From NCBI RefSeq assembly GCF_000143415.4, contig NW_003314324.1, positions 224,011 to 288,010 on the forward strand: DNA of 64,000 nt, in the 5' to 3' direction. Numbering within the stretch: position 1 is the first letter of the stretch; each line of letters opens with the position of its first letter. Both the position numbers and the translations under genes were made by a program. Below the pieces are notes generated by a model. The model saw nothing but the letters and a program-made list of their open reading frames with translations. It searched no databases and was not told the origin of the DNA. Shown in pieces: positions 37,811 through 50,232 of this stretch. The DNA comes from Selaginella moellendorffii (Eukaryota; Plantae; Lycopodiophyta).

Positions 37811-37939
37811 CTTCACTTCTCCTTCTCTCCTCTTTTATGTTCTTGTCTCTATTTATTTGTCACTATTTTGCAAACAAGGGTGAGAACACAAGTATAGGCA
37901 AAAAAAACCTTACTCACAAAGTTTCTCTATCCTTGCACA

Positions 37940-38620
37940 CAGAGATTTGAGATGGATGTCCCTCCAATTTATGAGAATGCTGCTCCATAGCATTTGACCA
38001 GACTGTATGATGTTCTCTACGGTTGTGAGCTTGTGTGTGAGCAGTAGAGATCTCATTCGAGGTAAGCTTTTTTATGGCTTAGTATTGAAGAGTGGTAATG
38101 AGTCCAATCATTTAGTTGGAAATGCTCTTGTGGAGAAGGGAGATATTCTTTTGAGATGTTATCACCTGGAACTTGCTACTCACCCTGTGTGTGGAGCAAT
38201 GCTGCCATGAAGAAGCTCTCCAGCTCTTCTGACAGATGCAAACCAAGAAGAGAGTTTTCCCGGACAAGATCACCTTCTTGAGTGTTCTCAATGCCTGTGT
38301 CATGTTGATGGATTTAAGTCAAGGCCAAAATGTTCATGAGTGCTTGGGCAAACTTGGCATGGATATGAACTGATATTGCACTGTGCTGGTCAACATGTAT
38401 GGGAGATGCAAAATTTTGGACAACAGCAGGAAAACTTTCAACCAATGATATCGAGCAGGAAGATGGTGATGATCACAGCACTCTCAGAAGTCAAAGACTT
38501 TGGTGGGACTGCTTGATCTTGTTCTGGCTTGCTGGCCTACACTACTACTTCTGTCAAATGCTGCAGTGACCAACACACTCATTAGTCTCTATGGCATTGG
38601 AAGCATCAACACAAGCAAAA
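37940..38620 (+). pseudogene. Decayed inverted partial copy of the adjacent PPR gene
   Basis: AGCAGTAGAGATCTC..CGAGGTAA, GTGGAGCAATGCTGCCATGAAGAAGCTCTCCAGCTCTTC and GTTTTCCCGGACAAGATCACCTTC match the PPR CDS ~42150-42970; stops and deletions. Confidence 0.88.
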
Positions 38621-41039
38621 TGGTGTGGTTTTTCAATTTCATATAGTTGTGGCTTTGGTATGGTTATTTTTACATATTTTTCAGCATTACCTATAGAAAT
38701 ATGTATGGTTTGTTTTACTCTTGCACATTGATACATTCTTTCATATGGTTTGTTCACATAAATTTTGTAGTAAGTGCATATATATTGAATATGCTTAATA
38801 TTCTAATGGTTGTTATCCATTTAAATTAATCTTGTATATAAACATGTTTAGACTATCCTATATTCTAGTTTATTCTACCATCTAATAGTTGATATGCAAT
38901 AAGATTATTCTTGTGCTTGTAAATTATAAGCATTCAATTGATCAATTGGATTAATATATAATACTAAATATGATTAACCAAACCAAGTGTTGGTGCATAA
39001 AATGCACAGAAAATTATTTATAAGTAACCTATAGTTTTTTTATATAGATTATAGTTCATCCATACATTGTTCTATGAGGTTATCCAAATAAGCTTTTAAA
39101 AGTTCTCAATATTGTGAGGAATAATGGATTCATTCAACAACCCATATCTTTTCAAGATCTAACTGCACTCCATCTTGTGAGGATACTATATTGCAGAAGT
39201 GATATTAAAATGGAGCACCATATATCTCAAACTATACTCTAGAGTAAATCTAAAACAAGTCAAGAAAACAGTAATGCCAGAAAAAAGCTAGTGATTTCTA
39301 TACCTGTCAGCTATAGCAATCTTGCCAACACCACTAATGCCATGGCTACAGCTGGACAGCTAGTGCTCAGTGGCTAGCAGCCACACCCAAGCAGCGGCCA
39401 CAGCACCATAATGATTCTAACCTCTAGGAGCTAGAGTTTCCAGAACAACTAGGCAGTTAGTTGGAGTTCTTCTGCCTTAAGCTAATTGTCTAAGTGTTGG
39501 CTTTTATTTCAATTTTATTTGTTGTTTTACCAATTATTATTACTATTATTTAGACAGGTTTATATCTGATATTATATTTAAGCCTTTATTCCTGAAACTT
39601 AAGGTAGTGTAAGTTGCATTAGTTCTTGGAAAACACTATTAAATTGGCTTAATTTGTACCATAATTTTCCAAGATCGCTCCTACTTTGCATAATTTTCTT
39701 GACAGGATGTGAAGTTTGTCATAAAACTGCTAAAAAGTATTTGAGGAGCTTAACTTTTGCATGACTTTTCTTGTGGATTTATCCTTTGCATGGATGCTTC
39801 ATTACTTTAGGACTATAGATTCATAGTGATATATTGTCTAGGATATAGTGCATTATTTATGGTTTTTCTTGTGGATGGGTTGCCTCCTCTACTTCTAAAA
39901 AAATGTATGATCAAGTGGTGTTTGCTCAAAAGGAGGAGATATGGATCTGTTAGTTATAGAATGTTTTAGATAACAATAAACCTTGTGCTGATCATAACTT
40001 TTTGGTGTATACCAAATAATTTGCTGCACATTCCATACAGCAATCCTTGGTTTGCTTAATAGTAGTGTTATTCTTATTTATTAATCTCATTGATCAAATG
40101 GATAAACATGTTTATAATTTATAAATAAAAACTAATCTTATTGAATATAGATGATAGAACAAACTAGAATATATTAAAGGTTATTAATCTAAATGAATAA
40201 CATGGTAAAATATCCTAAAATATCCAAGCATATTCTAGGTATATCCACTACCACCCTTAGTTTGCTTAAGCAAACCAAAAGTTCAAATAGCTAAAGATAT
40301 GGTGTTGATTTGTGGTTACATTTATTTCATGATAGCTCTATATTTGGCCATTTAAGGTATCATAAAGTTTTGGAAACTTTGAATACAATGAGTGTCTCTA
40401 GATCATTAGAACCAATTCAAGTTTTTCATCCATTTGAAATTGCGTCAATAAAACATAAATGTACATTAAACAAAACTTTCTTGAGCACAAAAGACCTAGC
40501 ACTACTCATGGTCCCTCTACCTCCCAAGTGACGGCTCCCTAAACTTATGTTCCCTAGGGAAAGCAAAACTCCTCTTAAGTTAACTTATTCAATACCACAT
40601 TGTGATGAGTTTCACTTACCTTGGGACATGACCCTCCTCCAAGGCAAGCTGGCGCATGCTTTCGCTCACTACTGAATTATCAACAAAGCTGAAGTGTTAA
40701 TAAAGTTTCATGGCCTTCAAGATCCAATGCTGTTGGTTTATTGTCTTAGTAGATTCAACTATAAAAGCTTAATTTGGTCCATAGGTTTATCAATTGGTTT
40801 CAGATGGATGGATAACATGATTTGCCATATGTCTCTCAAATCTAGCCATTCCATCAATGTCAATACTTCAAAAGGTATATATATTATATATAAAAACGTT
40901 GCCACGTCAGCACACTCATTGTCTATAAGAGGTACTCATAACTATTAAGCTCGTTATTGACACTGTCCTGATCGCAGGGCTGATGGACGGTCCAACTTTC
41001 ACGAGATGATCTTAAGTTCTCCCAAGTCCGTGACAAGGA

Positions 41040-43568
41040 TTATCTTGCGTAGAGATTCGAGAGCATGACGTATGACGCAGAGTTTTGTGGATCCAGGTCG
41101 ACGAGCTTGTCAGCCGCGGCTTTGCCTTCCTCCACATTTCCATGGGCTCGGCAAGCACCCAAGACGGACATCCACGCAGGGACGCTCGAGTGAAGACCGT
41201 TCTTCGCGATGAACTCCCGAGCCTCTACGATGCGTCCTGCCCGCCCCAAGAGATCCACAACGCATCCTCGCTGCTCCGCCGTGGGAGAGATCCCATACTC
41301 TCTCTCCAAGAAGCCAAAATGCCGGCAGCCTTCTTCCACTTCGCCGCAGTGGCCGCAGGCTGCGATGATGTTGAGAAAGGTGACGCCGTCCGGCTTCATT
41401 CCTTCCTGCTTCATCCTCTGGAAGAGCAGCAATGACTCGCTCGCGAATCCGTGCTGGGCGTGAGACGAGATCACCAGGTTCCACGAGAGGGAGTCTCGCT
41501 GAGGCATCCTGTTGAAGAGGCGGAAAGCTTGCCGGAGCCTCGCAGACTTGGCGTATAAGTTGAGGAGCGCGTTGGCTACTATGAGTTCCAGCTCCAGCCC
41601 GGCTTCTTCCACGCACATCTCGACCAGCTTGGAGCTCTTTGTGTCACTCCCGAGCTGTGCGCACCAGTTGAGGATCGCCGAGAGAGTAACCTTGTTTGGC
41701 TTGACACCCTCGGCTTGCATCTTCTGGAAGAGGACCAGTGTTTCTTTGCATTTTCCCAGCTCGGCGAACGCGGCCACCATCGCTGTCCAAGTTATCACGT
41801 TCCTGTGCTCCATGCCGTCGAAGATCTTCCGTGCCTCTTGCAAGCTCCCGCACTTGACGTACATGCTCACCAGGGCGTTCTCTACGATGGAGTTCTTCTC
41901 CACTCCGGCTTCCAGTACGTGCCCGTGGACTTCTTTTCCAAATCTCGAGCTGCTGTCGCAGGAGTTTAAGCTGCTGGCGAAGGTGAATGTGTCGGGAGCC
42001 ATGCCTTCGAGTAGAATCACTCGGTAGAGCTTCGAGGCACCGGTTTCCTGCTCGTTCTCCGCGTAAGCATCCATCATAGCGTTCCAGGAAACTATGTCCC
42101 TGTTTCTGCCCAGCTTGTCAAACACGAGCTCTGCGTCTTGGATGCTTCCACACTTGCCGTAGAGACTGATGATCGTGTTACTCACTGCAGCATCGGATTC
42201 CAAGCCAGCAGCAGCGGCGTAAGAGTGAACAAGCTTGGCTTCTTCCAGCGAAGCCAGACTTCCACATCCGCTTAGCAGCGCCAGGAACGTCACCTTGTTG
42301 GGAAGCATGCCTTGGAGCAGCATCTCCTGGAACAGTATCAAGCAGCCACCAAAGTCTTCGGCTTCCGCGAGTGCTGTGATCATCACTGTCCACGTTGCCA
42401 CGTCTTTCCGCTCGATCTGGTCGAAAGTTTCCCTGGCCTCGTCCAGACTTTTGCACCTCCCATACATGTTGACGAGCGCAGTGCCAATGCCAGTGTCGTT
42501 CACGTCCATGCCAAGCTCGCCCAAGCACTCGTGAACTTTTCGGCCTTGACTTAAGTCCATCAGCACGGCACAGGCGTTGAGAACACACGAGAAGGTGATC
42601 TTGTCCGGGAAAACTCTCTTCGCAGTTTGCATCTGTCGGAAGAGCTGGAGAGCTTCTTCATGGCAGCACTGCTCCACACACGCGGCGAGCAGCGAGTTCC
42701 AGGTGATAACGTCTCTCCTCTCCATCCGAAAGAACATCTCCCTCGCGCCCTCGATGCTTCCACACTTCCTATACATCTCCACAAGAGCGTTTCCAACGAA
42801 AAGATCAGACTCGTTACCACTCTCCACTACTAAGCCATGAAAAAGTTTACCTCGAGCGAGATCTCTACTGCTGGAGCACGAGCTCACGACTGTAGAGAAC
42901 GTCACACAGTCCGGTCCAATGCCATCGAGCAGCATTCTCGTGAATTGGAGGAACATCCCTCTCGGATCCCCGGCGTGCGCTGCAAGCACAGCATTCCAAA
43001 GAATGAGATCAGCCTCAGAAACTCTGGAAAACACCCTCCTTGCATCGCCAAAGCACTGCCATCTTCCATACGAGCACACGAGAGCAGTCCCCACGACTGG
43101 ATCACACCCCAGGCCACATTCGACCACGCAGCCGTCCACCAATCTCACGGTGCTCTCACAGCAAGCATCAAGAACAGTCACGAAAGTCACCTTGTTTGGA
43201 GCCACCCCATCAAGCTGCATCGCCGAGAAGTACTCCAGCGCCTCGCGAGATCGCCCGCGCGAGGCAAATGCCGCGATGATCGCCGTCCACGACACCACAT
43301 TCCTCTTGGGCATCGAGCCAAACACCGCGCGGGCATCATCAACGCAGCCACACCTTCCATACATGCTCACCAGATGATTCGCCACGAAAACCTCGCGATC
43401 GATCAGACCTGATCCCGCCAAATACCGGTGGATTGCCCTGCCCTGATTGATCGCGCTCGCGTCGCCGCACAGCTGCAGAAGAAATCCATACGTCGTGGGC
43501 GATTTGGGCTTGGAGAGGATCCTGTCCAGATTCCGGAGAGGATCCATGGCGAAGGCGCTCTTCGCCAT
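41040..43568 (-). CDS. PLS-class pentatricopeptide repeat protein ending in an E-type extension (no DYW)
   Basis: Intronless; repeated NALVSMYxKCGS..A..F...R.V.SW units; ends AWMSVLGACRAHG..SASYVMLSNLYAR*. First ATG at 43568. Confidence 0.95.
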   Translation of the reverse strand: MAKSAFAMDPLRNLDRILSKPKSPTTYGFLLQLCGDASAINQGRAIHRYLAGSGLIDREVFVANHLVSMYGRCGCVDDARAVFGSMPKRNVVSWTAIIAAFASRGRSREALEYFSAMQLDGVAPNKVTFVTVLDACCESTVRLVDGCVVECGLGCDPVVGTALVCSYGRWQCFGDARRVFSRVSEADLILWNAVLAAHAGDPRGMFLQFTRMLLDGIGPDCVTFSTVVSSCSSSRDLARGKLFHGLVVESGNESDLFVGNALVEMYRKCGSIEGAREMFFRMERRDVITWNSLLAACVEQCCHEEALQLFRQMQTAKRVFPDKITFSCVLNACAVLMDLSQGRKVHECLGELGMDVNDTGIGTALVNMYGRCKSLDEARETFDQIERKDVATWTVMITALAEAEDFGGCLILFQEMLLQGMLPNKVTFLALLSGCGSLASLEEAKLVHSYAAAAGLESDAAVSNTIISLYGKCGSIQDAELVFDKLGRNRDIVSWNAMMDAYAENEQETGASKLYRVILLEGMAPDTFTFASSLNSCDSSSRFGKEVHGHVLEAGVEKNSIVENALVSMYVKCGSLQEARKIFDGMEHRNVITWTAMVAAFAELGKCKETLVLFQKMQAEGVKPNKVTLSAILNWCAQLGSDTKSSKLVEMCVEEAGLELELIVANALLNLYAKSARLRQAFRLFNRMPQRDSLSWNLVISSHAQHGFASESLLLFQRMKQEGMKPDGVTFLNIIAACGHCGEVEEGCRHFGFLEREYGISPTAEQRGCVVDLLGRAGRIVEAREFIAKNGLHSSVPAWMSVLGACRAHGNVEEGKAAADKLVDLDPQNSASYVMLSNLYAR

Positions 43569-43682
43569 ATCACTCAACTACTAGAAGCCCTAATATTTGA
43601 AATTTGGAGGGAAAGTAATATTTTGACCTAAACTAATATTCTAGAGGATCTTTTATCTCCATCCTAAGAAGAAATAAAAAAC

Positions 43683-45641
43683 TTAGCTTGAGCTGCTCGA
43701 AACGATGCGCTGCCAATCCATCATGTAGCTCACGGTGCCCGACTCATACTCATCGTCAAACAGCCGGATCGACACGGCTCGCGGCCTCGAATCCGGCATG
43801 GCTGGGATCTCCGCGTCTCCATTCAGCAGCTGGCAGCACCTCTTCATTGTTGGGCGATGGTTTGCATCCGGCAAGCAGCACAGCAATCCCATCCTGATCG
43901 TCTTGAGCACCTCTTCTTCCTTGCCTTCCACTTGCAGCCTCGAGTCTATGGCTTCCACAAGCTTGTCATGCTCGTGCTTCCTCCACACCCAGTCGATCAG
44001 CACAGGGCAATCGTCGACGGTGATGTTGGCTTCCGTGGACTGGACAGTGTGGTCCAGAGCTTGCCGCCCTGCTACGATCTCCAAAACCAGGATCCCAAAG
44101 CTGTAAACATCCGACTTCTCCGTAGCTCTGCCTGTGAATGCCAGCTCCGGAGCGATGTATCCCACTGTCCCGGCCTTCGTCATGGTCTGCGCGCCTTTGG
44201 CATGCTCCATGGACTTGGCCAGCCCGAAGTCCCCCAGCTTTGCGACGAAGTTCTCGTCCAGGAGAACGTTCGCTGCTTTCACGTCCCTGTGAACTATCCT
44301 CTTGCCGAGTCCCTCGTGAAGGTAGGCCAGCGCCTCGGCCACACCTTTCATGATCTCGTAGCGCTGGTTCCACGACAGTAGCACTCTCGGCTGCTTGGAG
44401 AAGATGAAGTGATCCAGGCTTCCGTTGGCCATGAACTCGTAGACGAGCAGCAGCTTGTTCTTCTCCTTGCACCAGCCCCGGAGAGAAACTAGATTGTGGT
44501 GCCGCACCGTGCTGATGACCGAGAGCTCCGCTAGAAACTGAGCCTCAGCGTGCTTTGGTGCCTCGGACAAAGCCTTGACAGCCACCTGAGAGCCGATGCT
44601 GGAGATATATCCCTTGTAAACCACACACGAGCCTCCCTTGCCGAGAAGCTCCTTCGAGCTGAATCCTTTCGTTGCCGAGTGAAGCTCCCTGTACGTGAAG
44701 CTTGTGATCTGGGGAACGCACGGGTATGTAGCTTTCTTCGCCAGGTAGAAACCATAGATCACGATCGTTCCGGCAACAGCCACCGCGAACACTGACAGCG
44801 GAACCGAAGCCTTGACAATCACCCCCTTGTTTCTGTCGCCTCTGGAGAGCTCGGGTGAAACCATGGTTGGAGCTGGAGCTGGATCATCCACTGAAAACGA
44901 CCAACTATAAACGTTGTGGAGCTCGGTCGAGAAACCTGTAGCAGCCGAGAAGCCCACCCACATCTCCGGGAGTAGAACGCTGCTCAAGCTCACGTTGGTG
45001 ATCAAAACCGGTTCTTGCCAGTCCGATCCATTCTCCACCAGCCAGACTTTCACTTGTTCCAAGCTCCCATCGAACTCTATCCTTGCCTTGAGTGTCATGT
45101 TTCTTACGAGGCTCAGCTCGAGCTCGTCCTGGATGATGGTCTTGCCAGTGGAATTCACCCCGTTCACGTCCACCCCGACGTGAGGATTCGGAGGATCCCA
45201 CTCGTTGGAGAAGGTGTCGAACTCCACACCGAAGAGATGGTTGCTCGCGTTCCCGTTGGTTCCCTCGGCGTTGAAGCCCAGATACTGGCCACCCGACGCT
45301 GTGAGATCGAAGCTCATGTGTGGAGAGATGAGGAACGTCATGCCGTCGGCGGGAGCTCCACCGTGGAGGATCTGGAAGACGAAGTGTGTCTGGAAAGAGA
45401 GAGCCTTGCCGGTGGTCTGATCCAAGAGATAGACGGGGCGATTGTAGAACGCTCGCCCGACGCTGTTCTTCCCGGAGCCGATGATCTGAGTGAGAGAAAT
45501 GTACCTGAGGAGAAGATTTGCGTGGCCTTTGGTGTCGATCGTGTCGAGAAAATTCATCTGGCTCAAGTAGAAGCTCCGGGAATCGCCCTGCCGCGGCAGT
45601 AAAAGCGCTATGATCATCGAGAGTATGAGTAAGAGCGCCAT
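43683..45641 (-). CDS. L-type (legume) lectin receptor-like kinase
   Basis: Signal peptide, [27 protein letters not shown] lectin motifs, transmembrane helix, kinase [26 protein letters not shown]. Likely start M28 of the ORF (45641). Confidence 0.95.
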   Translation of the reverse strand: MALLLILSMIIALLLPRQGDSRSFYLSQMNFLDTIDTKGHANLLLRYISLTQIIGSGKNSVGRAFYNRPVYLLDQTTGKALSFQTHFVFQILHGGAPADGMTFLISPHMSFDLTASGGQYLGFNAEGTNGNASNHLFGVEFDTFSNEWDPPNPHVGVDVNGVNSTGKTIIQDELELSLVRNMTLKARIEFDGSLEQVKVWLVENGSDWQEPVLITNVSLSSVLLPEMWVGFSAATGFSTELHNVYSWSFSVDDPAPAPTMVSPELSRGDRNKGVIVKASVPLSVFAVAVAGTIVIYGFYLAKKATYPCVPQITSFTYRELHSATKGFSSKELLGKGGSCVVYKGYISSIGSQVAVKALSEAPKHAEAQFLAELSVISTVRHHNLVSLRGWCKEKNKLLLVYEFMANGSLDHFIFSKQPRVLLSWNQRYEIMKGVAEALAYLHEGLGKRIVHRDVKAANVLLDENFVAKLGDFGLAKSMEHAKGAQTMTKAGTVGYIAPELAFTGRATEKSDVYSFGILVLEIVAGRQALDHTVQSTEANITVDDCPVLIDWVWRKHEHDKLVEAIDSRLQVEGKEEEVLKTIRMGLLCCLPDANHRPTMKRCCQLLNGDAEIPAMPDSRPRAVSIRLFDDEYESGTVSYMMDWQRIVSSSSS

Positions 45642-46018
45642 GGGAAAGAAAACCTGTGGCAATACCTGGGGCAAAAACATATCGATCGATACGCGCCCGT
45701 GAACGTATCGATCTTGTCGCATCCATGTGGACGATAGCGCAAGTCAATAAGCTCCATTCGCTGTTCTTCCCGATTCTCCGCCCTAGAAAAAGAGAACAAA
45801 CGATCACTGTTAGTCCAGCTATCGATATTTCCGGGAATGCGAATGCGCGCGCGAGCGCGTTGGACAGAGAGCGCGACGATCGACTACCGCCATCAACGAG
45901 GAAGGAAGCCATAAACCCTAAAAGGACTTTGGCGGGAAATAATGACTGCCACGTGGCCGAATGAAATGCGGATGAATACGCATTCCGTTAAGTCAGCCCT
46001 AATTTGAGGGTTTTAGAC

Positions 46019-48449
46019 ATGGCGATGGCGGAGGGAGAGACTGGTGAGTTCTTCCGATTCAATCGATGGAATCGATGGAATCGTCTCATTTCTTTGATCC
46101 AGTTCCCGTTCTTGGATCGGTCGCTGTCGTTGGAGCGGGCGCGAGGTGAGTATTTCGATTCTTTTCTCTGCATTTCTCGTGTTCTAATTGATCGGATTTT
46201 GATTCCAGTGGCCTCGCAGCAGCGTATCGATTGCGAGCTGCGGGGGTCTCCGTGACGGTCTATGAAGCGGAAAATTCCATCGGTGGGAAGTTAAAGAGTG
46301 TTTCGGAGAATGGATTCATCTGGGAGAAGGGACCGAACACAATGGTACCGAATATTTTTTCTTTGGTGTTCTTACTTTACTTTTTCTCTTCGTCGCATAG
46401 ACGGAAAATGATCCAAGCATAAGCAGGATGTTTGACGATCTCCATCTTCGCGATAAGCAACAGTTTGTAAGTGTGAAATTCCTCCAAAAGTTTCAAAACT
46501 AACTTGTGCGTCTAGCCGGTGGAGCAAAAGAAACGATACATTGTTCGCAATGCTTCTCCTACGATGGTCAGTTCTTAGACTGTGATTTATGTTTACTACC
46601 TGTTCTATGCAGTTGCCCTCTAATCCTTTGGGATTTATCACTACCGGTCTCTTCTCTGCTCAAGCCAAGGTCTGTCGACTTTTATGAATCTTTTGGGCCT
46701 GACTTGTGTGCCATTAGCTTAAACTTTTGACGGAGCCGTTTTCATGGAAGCGAACGAAAGCAGAATCAAACGAAGACGAGAGGTCTGTGGAAGTTTTCGT
46801 TTTATTGTTTCCGCTCTGAACTATTTTCCAGTGTAGGAGCGTTCATGGAGAGGCACTTTGGTGACGAGGTAAGAAACAGCGCCGGTCCTGGATTCGGGCT
46901 ATTGATGGACCTTTTTATTTCTTAGATCGTAGATTATGCAGTGGATCCATTTGTTGCCGGGACAAGTGGTTCGGATCCTTCCTCTATATCAGTGAGTTTA
47001 AAGTTTATCCTGCCTCTTGCTCTAACAGGATAAACTTTTGTTTTAAACAGATCCGTCACTCGTTTCCAGAATTGTGGTCCTTAGAGAAGAAGTAGAGACT
47101 TTACTACTCCATTTCCTTTCTAACTAAAGTAGAACACCGCGTGCAGCTATGGATCGCTCTTCGTCGGTGCAATTAAATCAGGTTTTAGCAAGAAGAAGAA
47201 GCAAAAATTGCGACCAGTGGAGTTTGAAGACGAAGATTCTGATTTCCCTGCTCGTACACGTCCCCGTCGTGGAGGATCGTTTTCATTTGTAGGTGGCATG
47301 CAGGCAAGTATTTGTTTTGTTTTTAGTTCTGGATGGAGCTGACAGGTTTTTTTTTATAGACGCTGGCCAATGAACTGGTCTCGAGGATTGGAAAGGAAAA
47401 ATTCAAGCTCAATACATTTGTCACCGGATTGGCATGTAACCAACAGGGCAATCCCTCTCGTCAAAGCTGGACAGTAACAGGTTTGGAAACATCGGGCAAG
47501 AGAAGCAAACGCTCGGACAAAACCTTCGATGCAGTCATCATGACGGTATGTTTCTGTTTTCTTTTCTTCTGTTCGTGTTGGAACTGGCTCCTCTTAATAG
47601 GCACCGGTGGACGATGTGAGGACAATGAAGGTTGTCAAAGATGGAAAGCCTTATGCTCTTGATTATCTCCCAACAGTTATCTACGAACCAATGTCCGTGT
47701 TGATAACAATGTTCAACAAAGACTCCGTGAAGCGTGCACTTCCGGGTTTCGGTGTGCTGGTTCCCTCCAAAGAGCAACAAGCAAATGGCTTTCAAACACT
47801 GGGTAATTATTTGAAGCCTTTCAAGGAGAAGTGTCTCACTTGAGTTCTATGATATGCAGGCACCTTGTTCTCTTCATTCATGTTTCCTGATAGAGCTCCA
47901 GAAGACCAGCTGCTGTTTACGACTTTTATAGGAGGCAGCAGGAATACATTGCTAGCATCACGGTCGAAGTAAGTTTGTTTAAGTTGGTGGCAAAAAAGTC
48001 TTCATTGTTTTGGATTTGTCAGGGAAGAGCTCCTTGATGTAACTTTGAAGGATTTGTCTAGACTAATTGGAGTAGAGGGTCAACCAACTGCTATGAGGCA
48101 CGTAAAACTAGTTTTATCCTTTTGGTTTGATAACTTCAACTCTTCTACCAGGCATGTGTATTGGGAAAAGGCGTTCCCACGATACAGCATCGGCTATGAT
48201 AATGTCTTGAATTCTATCCAGAAACTCGAGAGCGACCTCCCTGGACTCTTCTACGCTGGTAAGTTTTTACTTGTGCCGGTCGTGATCCGTAACTCTAAAG
48301 CTCATCCAGGAAATCATCGAGGAGGATTGGCCGTTGGGAAAACAATTGTCTCAGGCCTTGACGCAGCGGAGCAAGTGCTCCAATACCTCCAAGGCTCTGG
48401 AGGCAAGAAAGTTTTCACAATGGCGTCGTTGGAACAGCCTGTGAGCTAG
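46019..48449 (+). CDS. PPO2: Protoporphyrinogen oxidase 2, multi-exon
   Basis: [84 protein letters not shown]; many short GT-AG introns. Confidence 0.93.
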
Positions 48450-48624
48450 TTATGCAAGAATTCAAAGAGAAAGGTACATAGCTTTTAATATACCGGGCCG
48501 AGCGTACAACCATCTTAGCTAGCTTGGCCCTTGCAAGCTTCCATAACTTGTTCCTTTGCGAGGTACTCTCACCAGATTCTCGCCCGAGAAACCAGTATGC
48601 CTCGAAAGGTATCTTCACACGCAG

Positions 48625-49755
48625 CTAGTTTTTGTATGCTTCTATGACTTGGTCCCTGGATGGCATCTTGACAAGATTGACACCGGAGAAGCCGGTTCGC
48701 TCGATCAGCTCCTTATACTCCTCAAAGGTCCTGACTCTGCCTCCCACGGTGAACGAAAACATGGCCATGTCCAGGTCCCTCTCAAACGGTGCATCGTCGG
48801 TGTGGATGAGATCCACAATCACGAGCTTCCCTCCCTTGGGCAGCGACTTGAAACAGTTGCGCAGGAGCTTGTTGCAGTGATCGTCGCTAAAGTTGAGCAA
48901 GACCGACTGGAAAATCGCAGGAACTTGGCTTTGATCCAAACAAGTTTCGAAAGAAAACAATGAGCTCTACCTTGATGAGTAGAAGATCTCCTTCTGGCAC
49001 GCTCTCAAACATGTCTCCTCCAACGTGTTTAACTCCTGGCAAGACGAAGAACAAATCAAGGAAACGAACGAGAACTTTGCCGTACCGGGGGTCTTTGGAG
49101 CGCTGGAAACCGTGTACGGCAGATCAAAGTTGACAACCTCAGCTTCCGGATACTTTGCCTTGATCTTGCCCGCGCACATCCCCAGCCCGCCGCCAACGTC
49201 CACCAACTTCTTCGCCCCCTTGAAACCATCGTAAGCCTCGAGGATGAGCTTGATGGTGACGCTGCTCCACGCGACCATGGCATGGTTGAGCAAGGTGTTG
49301 TACTCCTCGTCGTCGTGAGCCCAGACGTGGACCTTGTTGGCGATCTCGTATGGATAGCCGCCATGGAGCACGGCCTCGTGGAGCTTGTGGAGCGAGGCAG
49401 CGGCGTGATCATACGTGCAAACCAGCAAGAGGTGCTGCTCCTCGGCTAGCCATTTGGAGATCCCGGTGCCTCCATAGCGGGTCTCGCCACCGCTCGTCTC
49501 CTCGCTGAGGATCTTCTTGTAGACGAGGTACTTGAGGATGCGGTGGAGGAGATCTGGCTGGGGATTGGTGGCGCCCTGGAGGCGGGAGAAGATCTGGGCG
49601 AGCGTGAGGGGGCCGGACTTGGCGATCATGTCCGGGATGCCGAGGAGAACCGCGGCCTTGAGCACGAAGGGCGTCACCACCGAGAAGATGATGCTCTTGA
49701 GCGCGTAGTGGCCGTCCACCTCCTCCGCCGAGTGCTCTTTCGTCGCTGGGGCCAT
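48625..49755 (-). CDS. Class II (COMT-like) SAM-dependent O-methyltransferase, 3 exons
   Basis: Dimerisation domain LKAAVLLGIPD, LVDVGGGLG, FDLP, VGGDMFESVP, GGKLVIVD, GGRVRT. Tail-to-tail with PPO2. Confidence 0.92.
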
Positions 49756-50152
49756 GGATTTGTTGCTCTGATCGATGCTGGAGAGGGAGAGCTCGCGAGG
49801 GTGATTTATATACTCGGTTCTATCGCGATGAGATCCGGATATGGCTGTAGTTGGAGAGGTACTTTCGGTGTATAGAAAACAAGTTTCTCATACGTATCAA
49901 GGAGTCCCACGAGGATTAGGTGGTATTTCGCGTCATCGAATCCTGCCCGGGATTTTTTGCTTGAAGAGGTCAATAAATATCGTACGGAAAACAAAAAAAA
50001 TAAAGGTCTCAAAACTAGATTGTTTATTTCTCTGTGGATAAATAAATTTTATTTAAATGTTAATGTATAATTTATACTCTTTAAATAATCTAGATTTTTT
50101 CATTACTTTAATAAAATTATCTACAAAAAACATTGTTCAACGCCTTCCGGGA

Positions 50153-50232
50153 GCTTCGATCACGGCTGGCCGCTGCTTGGAAATCCAAGTTGGAGCTTGG
50201 ATCACGGCTCGCCACTGCTGGAAATCCAAATT
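50153..50232. repeat. ~41-bp tandem duplication
   Basis: GAGCTT.GATCACGGCT.GCC.CTGCT(T)GGAAATCCAA.TTG twice. Confidence 0.8.

Noticed and set aside
41085-45964. Many long antisense or overlapping ORFs over PPR and LecRK (likewise over MgS, GH17 and OMT)
   Set aside because: Shadow ORFs expected from GC-rich coding sequence.
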